A DNA stretch of 64,000 bases from an uncultured Candidatus Saccharibacteria bacterium (GCA_964536265.1 CAZHVV010000003.1:33783-97782), one strand, 5' to 3'; numbered from the stretch's first letter, positions 36,442 to 46,320 are shown. The notes: generated from the letters alone by a model not told the origin. Translations and numbers: made by a program.

Positions 36442-37290
36442 TCACAGCTCGAGACGGACGTGCTGAGGGGTGAGGCTTGCATGGAGCTTATTGCCAACAT
36501 GTAGCTTCGTACCGCGTCGGCCAGTTTTTACAAAATGCAATAATTTACGTACCTGCGGCGGCGTCAACTGACAAGAACTTGCTTCACGCAGGACCTCGAG
36601 TGAAACAGTTTCTGGCAGCATGATGAGCTGATACCGTCGCACGCCATCTTTATCTATAAGCTCATGTGTTAATTTCTTCACATCACTATCTATGAGTGTA
36701 CGCAAGTCATGCTGAGTAACGACAAGCTTATGTAATGCTGCCCGCTGCTCTGCAGTGAGACGCGGTATAACTCCATGCCGTAACCAATTGCGCGTGTAGC
36801 GTACATCTTCATTCGTGCTATCTTCCCGCCACTCAAGCTGATGGTCGATTGCATACCGCAACAATTGTGCTTTTGAGAGACCAAGTAGCGGACGATAACG
36901 GTCATCACCTGAGCGCAGAGAGGCCAGCCCACGCCAGCCAGTCCCCCGTACAGTGTTAAGTGCCACAGTTTCAAAAACATCATCTTGATGATGCGCTGTC
37001 ACCACCGCATGTGCCCCGTGCTTTTGCTTAATGCCGTCGAGCCATTCGTATCGTGCTTGGCGAGCACTTGCCTCGCTCGCATTCGGGCCAAGGCCAAGCC
37101 GTACAAGTTCAAACTGTACGCCGTACTGGCGGGCCATCCATTCAACAAACCGTGCATCTTCGTGACTATTCTGGCGGATACCGTGATCAACATGAGCAAC
37201 AACAAGCTCATGAGTGGTTGATGTCGCTAGCATATGCAGTAGCGCCATTGAATCAACCCCACCCGACACCGCAACGATGTATTTCATCAT
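36442..37290 (-). CDS. tilS: tRNA(Ile)-lysidine synthase TilS (short form)
   Basis: 282 aa with the PP-loop VAVSGGVDSMALLHML and HHQDD. Confidence 0.85.
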   Translation of the reverse strand: MMKYIVAVSGGVDSMALLHMLATSTTHELVVAHVDHGIRQNSHEDARFVEWMARQYGVQFELVRLGLGPNASEASARQARYEWLDGIKQKHGAHAVVTAHHQDDVFETVALNTVRGTGWRGLASLRSGDDRYRPLLGLSKAQLLRYAIDHQLEWREDSTNEDVRYTRNWLRHGVIPRLTAEQRAALHKLVVTQHDLRTLIDSDVKKLTHELIDKDGVRRYQLIMLPETVSLEVLREASSCQLTPPQVRKLLHFVKTGRRGTKLHVGNKLHASLTPQHVRLEL

Positions 37291-37310
37291 TTCTAGTATA
37301 GCAAATGAGC

Positions 37311-38366
37311 TTATGAAGCCGTCGGCTTTTTCGCCTGCTCGTTACGAGGCAAACGGACGATGAAGTGAGCACCTGCGCCTGGTTCGCTTACAACGCGAAT
37401 TGATCCATCCATTTCCTCGACTAACACCTTCGCAAGTGACAGACCGAGGCCATGACCCTCAACATTGTCTTTGCTTCGTGACAAATCAGATCGATAAAAA
37501 CGTTCAAAAATCTTATCGTGTTCCTCTGAAGCGATTCCCTCACCCTCATCGCTAACGGCAACTTCAACATATGTATCGCCAAGTTTGCTCTGTAGCGTAA
37601 TCGTCGTCTTTGCTGGCGCATATTTAATTGCATTGTCAATCAAGATATCTAATATATTTACGACACTTTCACGATTTGCCAGCGCCATTACACTCGCCAC
37701 TTGGTTATCAATAGCAACATGTTTTGTCTGAGCGAGAGGAATTGCGTGCGTGATTGATTCGACCGAAGCATCCTCAATATCAACAGGTCCAAGTTCGACT
37801 TGCTGTTGACTAGCCAGGAGTAACAATCTATCCGTCAGTGTACGAAGTCGACCAACTTCGTCAAGTGCACTACGGAGCGTTGCTTCATAGTCTTGCTTCG
37901 TTGCCTTCTTGTCACGTAAACCGACTTCAATTTCGGTCTGCATGACAGATAAGGGTGTGCGAAGCTCGTGGGCTGCATCGGACGCAAACCGACTTTGAGC
38001 TTCGTGCGCTGCTTCAACTGGTTTCAGTGTTTGCCTTGCCAACAAATACGCGAGTGCGCTGCCGCCCATCAAAACTGCAATATTAAAAAATGCAAGGCTT
38101 CCGACAAGACGCGCATTACTGTCTGCCACACGCTGTCCTCGTAATTCACTCGCGACATCACTGTCGAGAAATAGACGGTAGTCGCCAGGTTGATTCGGTC
38201 CCAACGCACGACTAAACTCGTGCGAAGCGACAGTAAACAGCATAGTACTAAACAACAGACTCAACGCCATTAAAAGCAGCACATACCAGGCCGTCAGGCG
38301 TAGGGTTGCAGACTCAAACACATTTAAGTGCTTGAGTCGGCTACGTATTATTTCTAATCCGTTCAT
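37311..38366 (-). CDS. Sensor histidine kinase
   Basis: 351 aa with 2 TM segments, H-box FASDAAHELRTPL, N-box DNAIKY, and G-boxes DEGEGI and GHGLGL. Confidence 0.85.
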   Translation of the reverse strand: MNGLEIIRSRLKHLNVFESATLRLTAWYVLLLMALSLLFSTMLFTVASHEFSRALGPNQPGDYRLFLDSDVASELRGQRVADSNARLVGSLAFFNIAVLMGGSALAYLLARQTLKPVEAAHEAQSRFASDAAHELRTPLSVMQTEIEVGLRDKKATKQDYEATLRSALDEVGRLRTLTDRLLLLASQQQVELGPVDIEDASVESITHAIPLAQTKHVAIDNQVASVMALANRESVVNILDILIDNAIKYAPAKTTITLQSKLGDTYVEVAVSDEGEGIASEEHDKIFERFYRSDLSRSKDNVEGHGLGLSLAKVLVEEMDGSIRVVSEPGAGAHFIVRLPRNEQAKKPTAS

Positions 38367-39046
38367 CGTGGTGCCTCTATTTTATATCCAAACCCTCGCA
38401 CCGTCTGGATAAGCGTCGGTTCACTAGGAAATCTCTTGTCGATTTTGTTTCGCAAATACCCGATATATGCTTCGACTGTATTTGGCAGCACGTCAGCGTC
38501 AAAGTCCCATACATGATTAATGATGTTTGTCTTTGATAGTACTCGGCCATAATTGCGCATGAGGTATTCCAGCAAGGAAAACTCAGTCTGTGTTAGTTCA
38601 ATTTTTGTGCCGTTACGCTTAACCTCGTAACTAAGTGTATCGAGTTCAAGGTCACCAACTTGTAGAATATTACCGACGGTGTCTTGCGGACGACGCAGTA
38701 GCGCCCGAACACGCGCTAACAACTCTTCAAAACTAAACGGTTTCGTTAAATAATCGTCTGCACCAGAGTTGAGTCCTGCAACACGATCACGAATCTGCCC
38801 TTTGGCAGTTAACATGATGATAGGTGTTCGTACTCCTTTGCCTCGTAATTGAGCACAGATTTCGATGCCATCCATACCACCAGGGAGCATCCTATCGAGC
38901 ACAATCACATCGTAATTGTCACCCAGTGCTGCACTCAATCCCTCGGGACCATCGTGATATACTTCGACCACTGCACGCTCTTGCTCAAAACCAAGCTTCA
39001 GCGCACGAGCAATTTTCCTCTCATCTTCAATAATCAATATCTTCAT
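38363..39046 (-). CDS. OmpR-family response regulator
   Basis: 227 aa with a receiver domain (DVIVLDRMLPG) and a winged-helix output domain (VRGFGYK). It overlaps the kinase start by 4 nt. Confidence 0.9.
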   Translation of the reverse strand: MKILIIEDERKIARALKLGFEQERAVVEVYHDGPEGLSAALGDNYDVIVLDRMLPGGMDGIEICAQLRGKGVRTPIIMLTAKGQIRDRVAGLNSGADDYLTKPFSFEELLARVRALLRRPQDTVGNILQVGDLELDTLSYEVKRNGTKIELTQTEFSLLEYLMRNYGRVLSKTNIINHVWDFDADVLPNTVEAYIGYLRNKIDKRFPSEPTLIQTVRGFGYKIEAPR

Positions 39047-39149
39047 ACTGTCTAATACTATATGCCTAAACTGAGTTTTTACTGAGTAACTATACGTAAT
39101 ACAACCGCCTCACATAGAGACGGTTGTATACCAAAAGCATAAATTAGTG

Positions 39150-39668
39150 CTACTGGTCCGTAGAGGTGGTAGAGCTAGTAGGTCCACCGTAACCGCGACC
39201 ATGGCCTCCGCCACCAGAAAGCAAATATGTATATTGCTCATCAATACCATTGTCACTCAGCCACGTATCAAGTGTTGCTTTGTGATTTTCCATTTCAGCT
39301 TTTCGTTCAGCAGTAGTCTTTTTTTCATTGCTCGTGCGATTAGCCTCTCGTTCAGCTTCAACCTCAGTGCGTTTTGCTGTAATCTTGTCAGCCTGCGCCT
39401 GTGTCAATTTGCCGTCAGTTACTAACTGAGCAAGTCTGTCCTTTGCTTCTTGGTCACGTTCAGCCTCCATCGTTTCGCGTTGGGCATCGAATACAGCCTG
39501 TACCTCCGACTCGTTCAGGTTAAATTTACTCACCAACGCGTCAACAAGACCCGAGAACGGACCGTTATGAGTACCCGTTGTTGTGGCCGCATTCGCCACA
39601 CTGACGCCGGCAAGGCCAGCAGCCGAAAGTGCCGTAACAATTCCTGCGGTTATGATTGCTTTTTTCAT
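39150..39668 (-). CDS. Secreted hypothetical protein
   Basis: 172 aa with a signal peptide (...VANA), a charged helical middle and a G-rich C-terminus. Confidence 0.5.
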   Translation of the reverse strand: MKKAIITAGIVTALSAAGLAGVSVANAATTTGTHNGPFSGLVDALVSKFNLNESEVQAVFDAQRETMEAERDQEAKDRLAQLVTDGKLTQAQADKITAKRTEVEAEREANRTSNEKKTTAERKAEMENHKATLDTWLSDNGIDEQYTYLLSGGGGHGRGYGGPTSSTTSTDQ

Positions 39669-39691
39669 ATGGTTATGTGCTCCTTGTTATC

Positions 39692-39728
39692 TAGTATTGT
39701 CTACGCGTCCGTAGTGTCGACAATACTA
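39692..39728. promoter_or_regulatory. 10-bp inverted repeat between the rhodanese gene and the secreted-protein gene; operator or terminator
   Basis: tagtattgtc-N17-gacaatacta, with extra internal pairing (tctacg/cgtag). Confidence 0.3.
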
Positions 39729-39786
39729 ACAAGTGAACATGAGAATAACCTGAGACAACAAGTTATGATTGTTCTATATGAGGGTA

Positions 39787-40191
39787 CTATGGTCCTACAA
39801 GAAGAACACCGTACTGAGACAAATCAGCTAACGCGCCTATATCAGTCACATTCGTAAAGCCTGCCTGTTTCAGTAACACTGTCGCCTGTTTTGAGCGATT
39901 TCCACTACGACAATACACATACAGAGGTGTATCAAATGTAGCATTTGGCAATGTACCAATCTGGATATCTTCAAGTGGCACATTTACCGCGTCCACGCCG
40001 TGTTGTGCCGTAAATTCTTCTGGGGTTCGTACATCAACAAGCAGTGCGCCCGCTACAAGGCTTTTTTGTGTCGATTCGCCAGCAACTTTCGTCGTATCAT
40101 GTGGCCGATTTGCCGCCCAAATCCCTACTCCTATGAGTGCAAGTGCGATTAGTACCAGCACAACAACTTTCTTCATACTATTAGTATACAT
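39787..40191 (-). CDS. Rhodanese-domain sulfurtransferase with an N-terminal anchor
   Basis: 134 aa: LVDVRTPEEF and the active-site loop YCRSGNRS. Confidence 0.8.
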   Translation of the reverse strand: MYTNSMKKVVVLVLIALALIGVGIWAANRPHDTTKVAGESTQKSLVAGALLVDVRTPEEFTAQHGVDAVNVPLEDIQIGTLPNATFDTPLYVYCRSGNRSKQATVLLKQAGFTNVTDIGALADLSQYGVLLVGP

Positions 40192-40288
40192 GGAAGACGT
40201 GGTGAATAACGACGATTATATTTTAGGAATTCACATAGTGAAAATTTTTAGGAAGTTAACGCTAGAAAGTGGCAAAAATACCATTTAC

Positions 40289-41446
40289 TTAGTACCAGCG
40301 ACCGTAAGCAGATAGAGTAAAGGTGGTATTAGAACTAGTCGAACGATATAGGTGAAACCTTGCAATTGTCAGGAGATTCGCGCTATCAGTTACGGCCACG
40401 CTAATGTTTTGCGGAACAGTAGACCTAGCAATAGCCATAGGAACTGGATCGGTAATAAATGCATGTGGATATGTCCAGTTGTAGGTAACCGTTGTCGAAC
40501 TAATACTGATAGTTATTTCGTTCTTACATTCAAGGCGCCCGTCTGGGTACTTGTAGTACGTGCCGTCGGCGTTGGTCCCTGTCGTGTACGGAGCAGCCCC
40601 CCGGGGTACATAGACCCAACTAGACCACACGCTATTATACCTGTTTCGATATACAATGCAGTCGGTCGAAATATAAGGAATCCCAACTTGAGTAACGTTA
40701 CTACTATTATAGGTATATGTTTGTACGTAGTAGTATCCGCCGCCCGGACCTTGTGGCTGTGTGCCGAGCATTAAGTTCGTGTGCAGCCCCTCTGCCGTCA
40801 GTGTATCCCAGCTAACAGACGTTCCGGAGACGGCAGTGGTACGAAAATGCCTTTGATCCACTGCTACCGGAATGGCATTTAGCTGTGTCTGAATCGCACT
40901 CGTTACTCCATCAATGAAATTGATTTCAGCCACTGTTGCAGTAACACCAGTGATGTCAGCTGGCACGTGTGCGTGAGCGAAGTCGGTAATGTTGGCTTTG
41001 ACGTGGGTATGGCTTGAGGCGGCGTATGAACCTGCTACTTGCTTGCCGTTCAGCTGTGTCTGAATCGCACTCGTTACTCCATCGACATAGTTGAGTTCCG
41101 TTACTGTAGCGGTGACATCAGTAACATTTGCGAGAGTATGGGTGTGGCTTGTGTTAGCCTTGCCAGCCAGACCGGGAACGGTTGGCGCTGCGGCGGTACC
41201 ACCGAGATCGCCCGCAAGCTGGACAACACCTTTTGCAAGTGTTGTTGCATCCGGGGCACCAGCATTCAACTTCGTTTGAACTGCAAGAGCTAGCTTCGCT
41301 TCAGTTATGGCCGTGTCTGTAACACTAGTCGTGGTGACGGCATTGTTTTTGAGGCTTCCGTCAGTATTGTGGGCGACAGCCAAGAAGTCATTGAGGACAT
41401 TTCCCCATGTATCATCATCGCTACCTGGCGTTGGCAATCGTGCCAC
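40289..41446 (-). CDS. Phage-tail-fibre-like protein (module A N-terminus, third paralogue)
   Basis: 385 aa starting (GTG)ARLPTPGSDDDTWGNVLNDFLAVAHNTDGSLKNN. It has three HxH motifs and a distinct W/Y-rich C-terminal domain. The RBS is GGAGGGG. Confidence 0.7.
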   Translation of the reverse strand: MARLPTPGSDDDTWGNVLNDFLAVAHNTDGSLKNNAVTTTSVTDTAITEAKLALAVQTKLNAGAPDATTLAKGVVQLAGDLGGTAAAPTVPGLAGKANTSHTHTLANVTDVTATVTELNYVDGVTSAIQTQLNGKQVAGSYAASSHTHVKANITDFAHAHVPADITGVTATVAEINFIDGVTSAIQTQLNAIPVAVDQRHFRTTAVSGTSVSWDTLTAEGLHTNLMLGTQPQGPGGGYYYVQTYTYNSSNVTQVGIPYISTDCIVYRNRYNSVWSSWVYVPRGAAPYTTGTNADGTYYKYPDGRLECKNEITISISSTTVTYNWTYPHAFITDPVPMAIARSTVPQNISVAVTDSANLLTIARFHLYRSTSSNTTFTLSAYGRWY

Positions 41447-41530
41447 GTGCTAAACCCCTCCACATTTACGGTAATTCACTCTAAATTGTAGCATAAGTTG
41501 TATCTTGTAGACTAGTTCCTTGACGGAAAT

Positions 41531-42418
41531 TTAGTGGCGACGCTTCACGCGTATAACGGCGTACAGTGCTACCCCCGCAACCAATGCAATTAGGCCAATT
41601 AGCGCTATTGGTTGAGCAATGATAAGCCAGCGTGACGGCAATTGCTCAGTGCGGCCAAGGTACTGGGCAGATTGTTCGATTTTGTATATTCCAAGTATCT
41701 CTTTCGCGTGCCAATCAATATCAACTCGTCTCTCTGTTCGTGGTAATACATATCTCTCTTCAGATACACGATCGACTTCACTTCCCCATGCCGTTTTCAC
41801 TATGGCAGATAGTTTCACCATAAAGTGACTTCCACCAGTATTCTCTACGTCATACGGCAGCGTCAGCGTGCCGCCCCACAATACAGGCTTGAAGGAATTG
41901 GTACTCACTTCACCACTTTGCTCGACATCACCTTTAACTGTTATGTACTGTATGACAGCAACACGATTGTGTACTACCACCATATTTGATGTTGAGCCAG
42001 GAGTTGTTGTGGCAAATAACGCGACGTAGTATCCGCCAGGCTTCGCTTCTTTTGGCACCTGTACGATATAGCCTACTTCGCTCAGTTTCTCTGGCTCAAT
42101 TCTCACGTGCGCATCAGGATTAACGAACGCGACCCATTTACTAGCATCGACTGCACCCGGAGGTAATGTATATTTCGGACCATAATCTTCATCTCGCACG
42201 GAATACGGCACCGCACTCATATTGAGCACGAACGAATCTGTACCTTTGTTGACAACCGTCAATATCCTCTTCGCACTTTCACCTGGTTCTAACTCGAGTT
42301 CAACTGACGAGGGCGATACGACGACACGCTGATTTTGAGCCGCGACATCAGTGGCAGAAGGTAGCGCAACCAACATACTCACTCCCAGAACAACACAACA
42401 CCTGACAATGTTCTTCAT
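41531..42418 (-). CDS. Cell-surface protein, DUF916/DUF3324-like, with a C-terminal TM anchor
   Basis: 295 aa with a signal peptide and VSPSSVELELEPGESAKRILTVVNKGTDSFVLNM (Ig-like start). The C-terminus is a TM segment followed by KRRH. Confidence 0.45.
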   Translation of the reverse strand: MKNIVRCCVVLGVSMLVALPSATDVAAQNQRVVVSPSSVELELEPGESAKRILTVVNKGTDSFVLNMSAVPYSVRDEDYGPKYTLPPGAVDASKWVAFVNPDAHVRIEPEKLSEVGYIVQVPKEAKPGGYYVALFATTTPGSTSNMVVVHNRVAVIQYITVKGDVEQSGEVSTNSFKPVLWGGTLTLPYDVENTGGSHFMVKLSAIVKTAWGSEVDRVSEERYVLPRTERRVDIDWHAKEILGIYKIEQSAQYLGRTEQLPSRWLIIAQPIALIGLIALVAGVALYAVIRVKRRH

Positions 42419-43095
42419 CAGTTCACTGCTGCCGTATAAACCACGTCGTTTTCATACACGTCGGCAGCGACAGTATTGCCATCAATACATACGCCAAACC
42501 ACACATCTGTCATGGCATTTGTCGCAGCGCTATTCGACGAAACGACGTATGATGGTGTACTCGCAACTGGTACGCCAGCAAATGCCGGAGTAGGGATTGC
42601 CCCACCAGCTAAGGGAGTTGTTGGGCCGATACCAAAGGTACCAGCATCCACCCGATATCCCCATGTGTTCGCTGTTAGCAGTGCTGGAGACGCAACAGTC
42701 CCCGATGAAGCAGGAATCGTCGCACTGTAATTAACCCCCGTCAGATTCGTATCAGTCCCTGGCACGGACACCGTTACCGAATATCCAGTACTCGAGAGTG
42801 TCGACACCGTAAGTGTATCGCTCCCAACGCTACAAATAGTTGGGTATTGGGTCGATTCTGTCATCGCAAGACCAATCGAACCATTTGATGCAATTGAAAT
42901 ACTGCACGTATTGTATTGGCACGTGCCATAGCTTCCCTCGCTGTACGCCAGCGCAGATACTGTATGGGTTGTAGAACCGTACACCAGCAAACCCATACCA
43001 CATAGCACAAGACCGAACGCAAACAAAAGGCCACTGTCATATGCGTGGCGTAGTGAAGACATCACCTCGTTCATTCGTGTCCCTTTTATATTCAT
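42418..43095 (-). CDS. Secreted/anchored beta-rich protein, possibly WxL-like
   Basis: 225 aa with an N-terminal TM/signal segment and T/S/G-rich beta strands. It is coupled to the next gene (TGATG). Confidence 0.35.
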   Translation of the reverse strand: MNIKGTRMNEVMSSLRHAYDSGLLFAFGLVLCGMGLLVYGSTTHTVSALAYSEGSYGTCQYNTCSISIASNGSIGLAMTESTQYPTICSVGSDTLTVSTLSSTGYSVTVSVPGTDTNLTGVNYSATIPASSGTVASPALLTANTWGYRVDAGTFGIGPTTPLAGGAIPTPAFAGVPVASTPSYVVSSNSAATNAMTDVWFGVCIDGNTVAADVYENDVVYTAAVN

Positions 43096-43143
43096 GCTAT
43101 ACGTAGTATAGCGAAGTGTATGGTGGTAATGCTAGTGAACCAT

Positions 43144-43190
43144 CTACCAATAAAAAGCGACCACCGAAGGTGATCGATTTTTATTGGTAG
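43144..43190 (-). terminator. Long hairpin beginning in the ACCA end of tRNA-CAU
   Basis: ctaccaataaaaa...tttttattggtag forms the outer stem, with inner pairing gcgaccacc/ggtgatcg. Confidence 0.45.
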
Positions 43191-43261
43191 CACCGACAAG
43201 AATTGAACTTGTGACCTTAGGCTTATGAGTCCTACGCTCTAACCAACTGAGCTACGGTGCC
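43185..43261 (-). tRNA. tRNA with CAU anticodon, probably elongator Met
   Basis: GGCACCG TA GCTC AGTTGGTTA GAGC G TAGGA CTCATAA GCCTA AGGTC ACAAG TTCAATT CTTGT CGGTGCT A CCA. Confidence 0.85.
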
Positions 43262-43424
43262 TCGTCGGAATTTACTTCGCTGCTTGCATTTTACGCTACA
43301 GCGTAAAAATTCCATCGCTCTGTTATTCCTCCTCTCGATTCTCAATATAGCCTTCGGCGTATCTCGAATCGGAAAGTACAACGGGCACAGAAAATTGTAG
43401 CAAAGAACAGAGAAAATGGCTAGT

Positions 43425-43565
43425 TTACAGCTCTACTTCATCCAGTTCGTCGAGGCGACTGAACGCAACCCCCGCCATGAAGTTTTGAATGCGACGACTG
43501 TCGGGAGTACTCCAAGTATTTAGCACTTCTTCCGTCAATGCCTCTTCTGATTCGGTGGTGGACAT
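43425..43565 (-). CDS. Possible small acidic protein (46 aa, below the track cut-off)
   Basis: My own translation reads MSTTESEEALTEEVLNTWSTPDSRRIQNFMAGVAFSRLDELDEVEL. The RBS AAAGGAAA lies 6 nt upstream. Confidence 0.3.
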   Translation of the reverse strand: MSTTESEEALTEEVLNTWSTPDSRRIQNFMAGVAFSRLDELDEVEL

Positions 43566-43708
43566 ATTTGATTTCCTTTTGTTTTTAGTAACTTATACTA
43601 GTATCATAGCAAAAAGCTTATGTTTTGTCAAGTGTTTTTATGTTCACTTTGACTTCTCTGTAACGCTTGTGCTATAACCATAGGTGTAAATAGGAAAAAA
43701 TAAACAGT

Positions 43709-44437
43709 ATGAACGGCTTCGGACTAAACGGTGACAGCGCCTATCTCCTGCTGATAGTTGGCGCTCTGTTTGTTCATGCCTGTTATCAACTGAGCGTGAG
43801 CGTCCTTACCTATCTCAGTTCGCACAGCCTGAGCCGCCAAGTTTCAACTCGACGATTACTATGGCTTGGTTCACACTACACGCTCGGCGCTATCGTTACC
43901 ACTGCGCTGATATTACTCGGAATTGTATCACTTGCTTCCCTGTCGTCCTCTCTTTACAATACCCCAGCCGTCACGACATTTCTGTTGCTTACTGTCACGC
44001 TCGTTCCGTTTGTCGGGCTCACGACGGTATTGTTCTATTTTCGTCCCGGCCAAGGAACGCAGCTCTGGCTGCCTCGGCCAATCGCTCAGTACCTACTGGA
44101 ACGCTCTCGAAAAACTCGCTCAGGTGTTGAAGCAAGTATGCTCGGCGCAGCAACCGTTGTCGGGGAATTGCCGTTTATCATTGGGCCACTGTTGCTCATC
44201 GCACTCTTGCTCGTCGGTCAACCGAGCGGCTTGTGGCTTGGTGCGGCAACTGTCTATGCCCTTCTCGCGAGCCTCCCGCTCATGATCGTTACTCTGTATC
44301 TGACGAGTGGGCATTCGGTAGCGAGAGTGCAGCGATGGCGCGAGGAGAACAAGAAATTCCTGCAATGGACGAGTGGTATTGCGCTCGTACTTCTCACGCT
44401 GTATGTGACCGTGCTGCAGATAGGAACAACGCTATGA
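43709..44437 (+). CDS. Polytopic membrane protein
   Basis: 242 aa with about 6 TM segments. No family recognised. Confidence 0.55.
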   Translation: MNGFGLNGDSAYLLLIVGALFVHACYQLSVSVLTYLSSHSLSRQVSTRRLLWLGSHYTLGAIVTTALILLGIVSLASLSSSLYNTPAVTTFLLLTVTLVPFVGLTTVLFYFRPGQGTQLWLPRPIAQYLLERSRKTRSGVEASMLGAATVVGELPFIIGPLLLIALLLVGQPSGLWLGAATVYALLASLPLMIVTLYLTSGHSVARVQRWREENKKFLQWTSGIALVLLTLYVTVLQIGTTL

Positions 44438-44709
44438 AACAAACATACGTCCTCGACATGCACAAACACAGTTCGCCGTTTAACCCGCTGACGCTCCATG
44501 GCAGTATTGTTGCCGCCTGTCTTGCCGTACGTTCGTATGAGGGCGAGGCACACCTAACAGCTGAGCGCGTCTGCGAACAAGTAATTGACTGGCTCGCTTC
44601 AAAGGTTGAGGTGACAAGCCAGGACATTCGCCGAGTTGCCGCACAACAACTATCTACCTACCATCCTGAAGCAGCGTATATGTATCAAACAATGGAAATG
44701 ATGGTCTAA
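44434..44709 (+). CDS. Small protein, possibly ATP-cone-like
   Basis: 91 aa from an ATG that overlaps the upstream stop (ATGA). The track ORF 44233-44709 has an N-terminal extension lying inside the previous gene. Confidence 0.35.
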   Translation: MKQTYVLDMHKHSSPFNPLTLHGSIVAACLAVRSYEGEAHLTAERVCEQVIDWLASKVEVTSQDIRRVAAQQLSTYHPEAAYMYQTMEMMV

Positions 44710-44722
44710 AAAAGGAAACTGT

Positions 44723-46102
44723 ATGAAAAAAAATAACTATGACTACGACCTGATTGTAATCGGCAGTGGCGCGGGCGGAAGCGTTGCTGCGGAGATTGTT
44801 GCCGCAGCTAAATGGCGCGTCGCAATCATTGAGAATGACGAGCTTGGGGGCGAAGCCGCTAACTGGGGATGTGTCCCAACCAAAGCCCTCCTGCATGCTG
44901 CAGAGGTATATGATCTTGCAAAGAACGTCGGCCCGAGTCTTGGGCTACGCTCAGCAAGTATAGGCTATAATTATCCGTCAATCCGCGCCTTTAAAGACAG
45001 TGTCCTCGAACGCAGTGGTGTCAGCAGTAGAAAACCGTACTATCAGAGTAAAAAAATCAGCATATACCACGGTGCCGCTCACTTTATCAACTCACACGAG
45101 ATTACTGTTGAACGTCGTCATTTGAGCGCAAAGCATTTCCTGGTTGCGACGGGTTCTGTGCAAAGCGAGGCACATATAAAGGGACTAGACAAGACACCGT
45201 ATCTCACCTCACGAACAGCCCTCGACGTTAATCGTCCACCAAAAACATTATTTGTTATAGGTGGTGGCGCAACTGGCTGCGAATTTGCCGAACTATTCAG
45301 TGTATTTGGTAGTAAAGTCTACATTGCCGACGAAGCCAGCAGACTACTACCACGAGAAGACCAAGAAGTCAGTGAAGCCGTCGAAACAGTATTTCGCACA
45401 AAGCGTGGCATGAACATCATGACGCACACAAAGGTGATTCGTATTGCTCGCGAAGGCATCATGACCACTGTAACGTACCTACATGACAGCGAGGAACACA
45501 GCGTGAAAGTTGACCAAGTTCTGCTCGCAGCGGGACGTCTACCAGCTGTTGATCTCGGTCTCGAAAATGCTGGTGTCGAATACTCCGCACGAGGCGTTGA
45601 TATTGACGAACACCTACTGACGACTGCAAAGAATATTTATGCAGCCGGTGATGTTATAGGGCGGGCGTTCTACACGCATACTGGTGTCTACGAAAGTCGA
45701 GTCGTCGCAAATAATTTACTACATCCCCGCGCAAAGTTGGTACCTGATTATTCTGCGGTACCACGTATCACGTACGTGACTCCAGAGGTCGCCAGTGTCG
45801 GTATGAGCGAAGCTGATTGCCTCAAACGTGACCTCCCTATCAAAACTGCCATTGCCCCCTTAAATATTATTGCCCGAGCAAGTATTGACAACAGTCGCAC
45901 TGGTTTTGTAAAGGTTATTGCCACCAAAAAGGGTGAGTTGGTCGGTGCTACTGTCGTATCTCCTCACGCTGGAGAGATTATTCATGAACTCACATTGGCA
46001 ATTAAACACGGTATTCACGCTGAGGAAGTTGCAAATACTCTCCATGCCTTCCCAAGCTGGTCCGAAGCCGTCCGTGTCGCGTGCGCAAAACTGGCTCAGT
46101 AG
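44723..46102 (+). CDS. FAD/NAD(P)-binding pyridine nucleotide-disulfide oxidoreductase family protein (Lpd-like, degenerate active site)
   Basis: 459 aa: DLIVIGSGAGG, GGEAANWGCVPTK, VIGGGATGCEFA, AAGDV, and a C-terminal dimerisation domain. Confidence 0.8.
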   Translation: MKKNNYDYDLIVIGSGAGGSVAAEIVAAAKWRVAIIENDELGGEAANWGCVPTKALLHAAEVYDLAKNVGPSLGLRSASIGYNYPSIRAFKDSVLERSGVSSRKPYYQSKKISIYHGAAHFINSHEITVERRHLSAKHFLVATGSVQSEAHIKGLDKTPYLTSRTALDVNRPPKTLFVIGGGATGCEFAELFSVFGSKVYIADEASRLLPREDQEVSEAVETVFRTKRGMNIMTHTKVIRIAREGIMTTVTYLHDSEEHSVKVDQVLLAAGRLPAVDLGLENAGVEYSARGVDIDEHLLTTAKNIYAAGDVIGRAFYTHTGVYESRVVANNLLHPRAKLVPDYSAVPRITYVTPEVASVGMSEADCLKRDLPIKTAIAPLNIIARASIDNSRTGFVKVIATKKGELVGATVVSPHAGEIIHELTLAIKHGIHAEEVANTLHAFPSWSEAVRVACAKLAQ

Positions 46103-46303
46103 ATGATGTATGACGATTCAGTGAAATATCTGCTCCTACGACAAGTTGTCATGTTGTGGTTCACTGTTATTGCACTGTTGCTGCTCGCGAAATATAACAT
46201 CCCGAATCGGACCGTGCACAATGCTATCAACCTCAGCCTGGCGCTTGCCACGATTGTCGAGTTCATTGCAATTGTGGTTATCTCGGTACAGTTGGTGTTT
46301 TAA
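46103..46303 (+). CDS. Small membrane protein
   Basis: 66 aa with two TM segments. It starts immediately after the upstream stop. Confidence 0.4.
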   Translation: MMYDDSVKYLLLRQVVMLWFTVIALLLLAKYNIPNRTVHNAINLSLALATIVEFIAIVVISVQLVF

Positions 46304-46320
46304 CTACCTGACATAATTCG

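Noticed and set aside
43262-43424. Possible structured ncRNA (SRP RNA or 6S RNA) in the 160-nt gap upstream of tRNA-CAU
   Set aside because: It contains some short hairpins, but I could not find any conserved SRP, 6S, tmRNA or RNase P motif. It more likely holds promoter and terminator sequence for the tRNA and the small acidic ORF.
44233-44433. N-terminal 67 aa of track ORF 44233-44709
   Set aside because: This part lies in another frame inside the 43709-44437 membrane protein gene. An ATG at 44434 that overlaps the upstream stop gives a compact 91-aa product.
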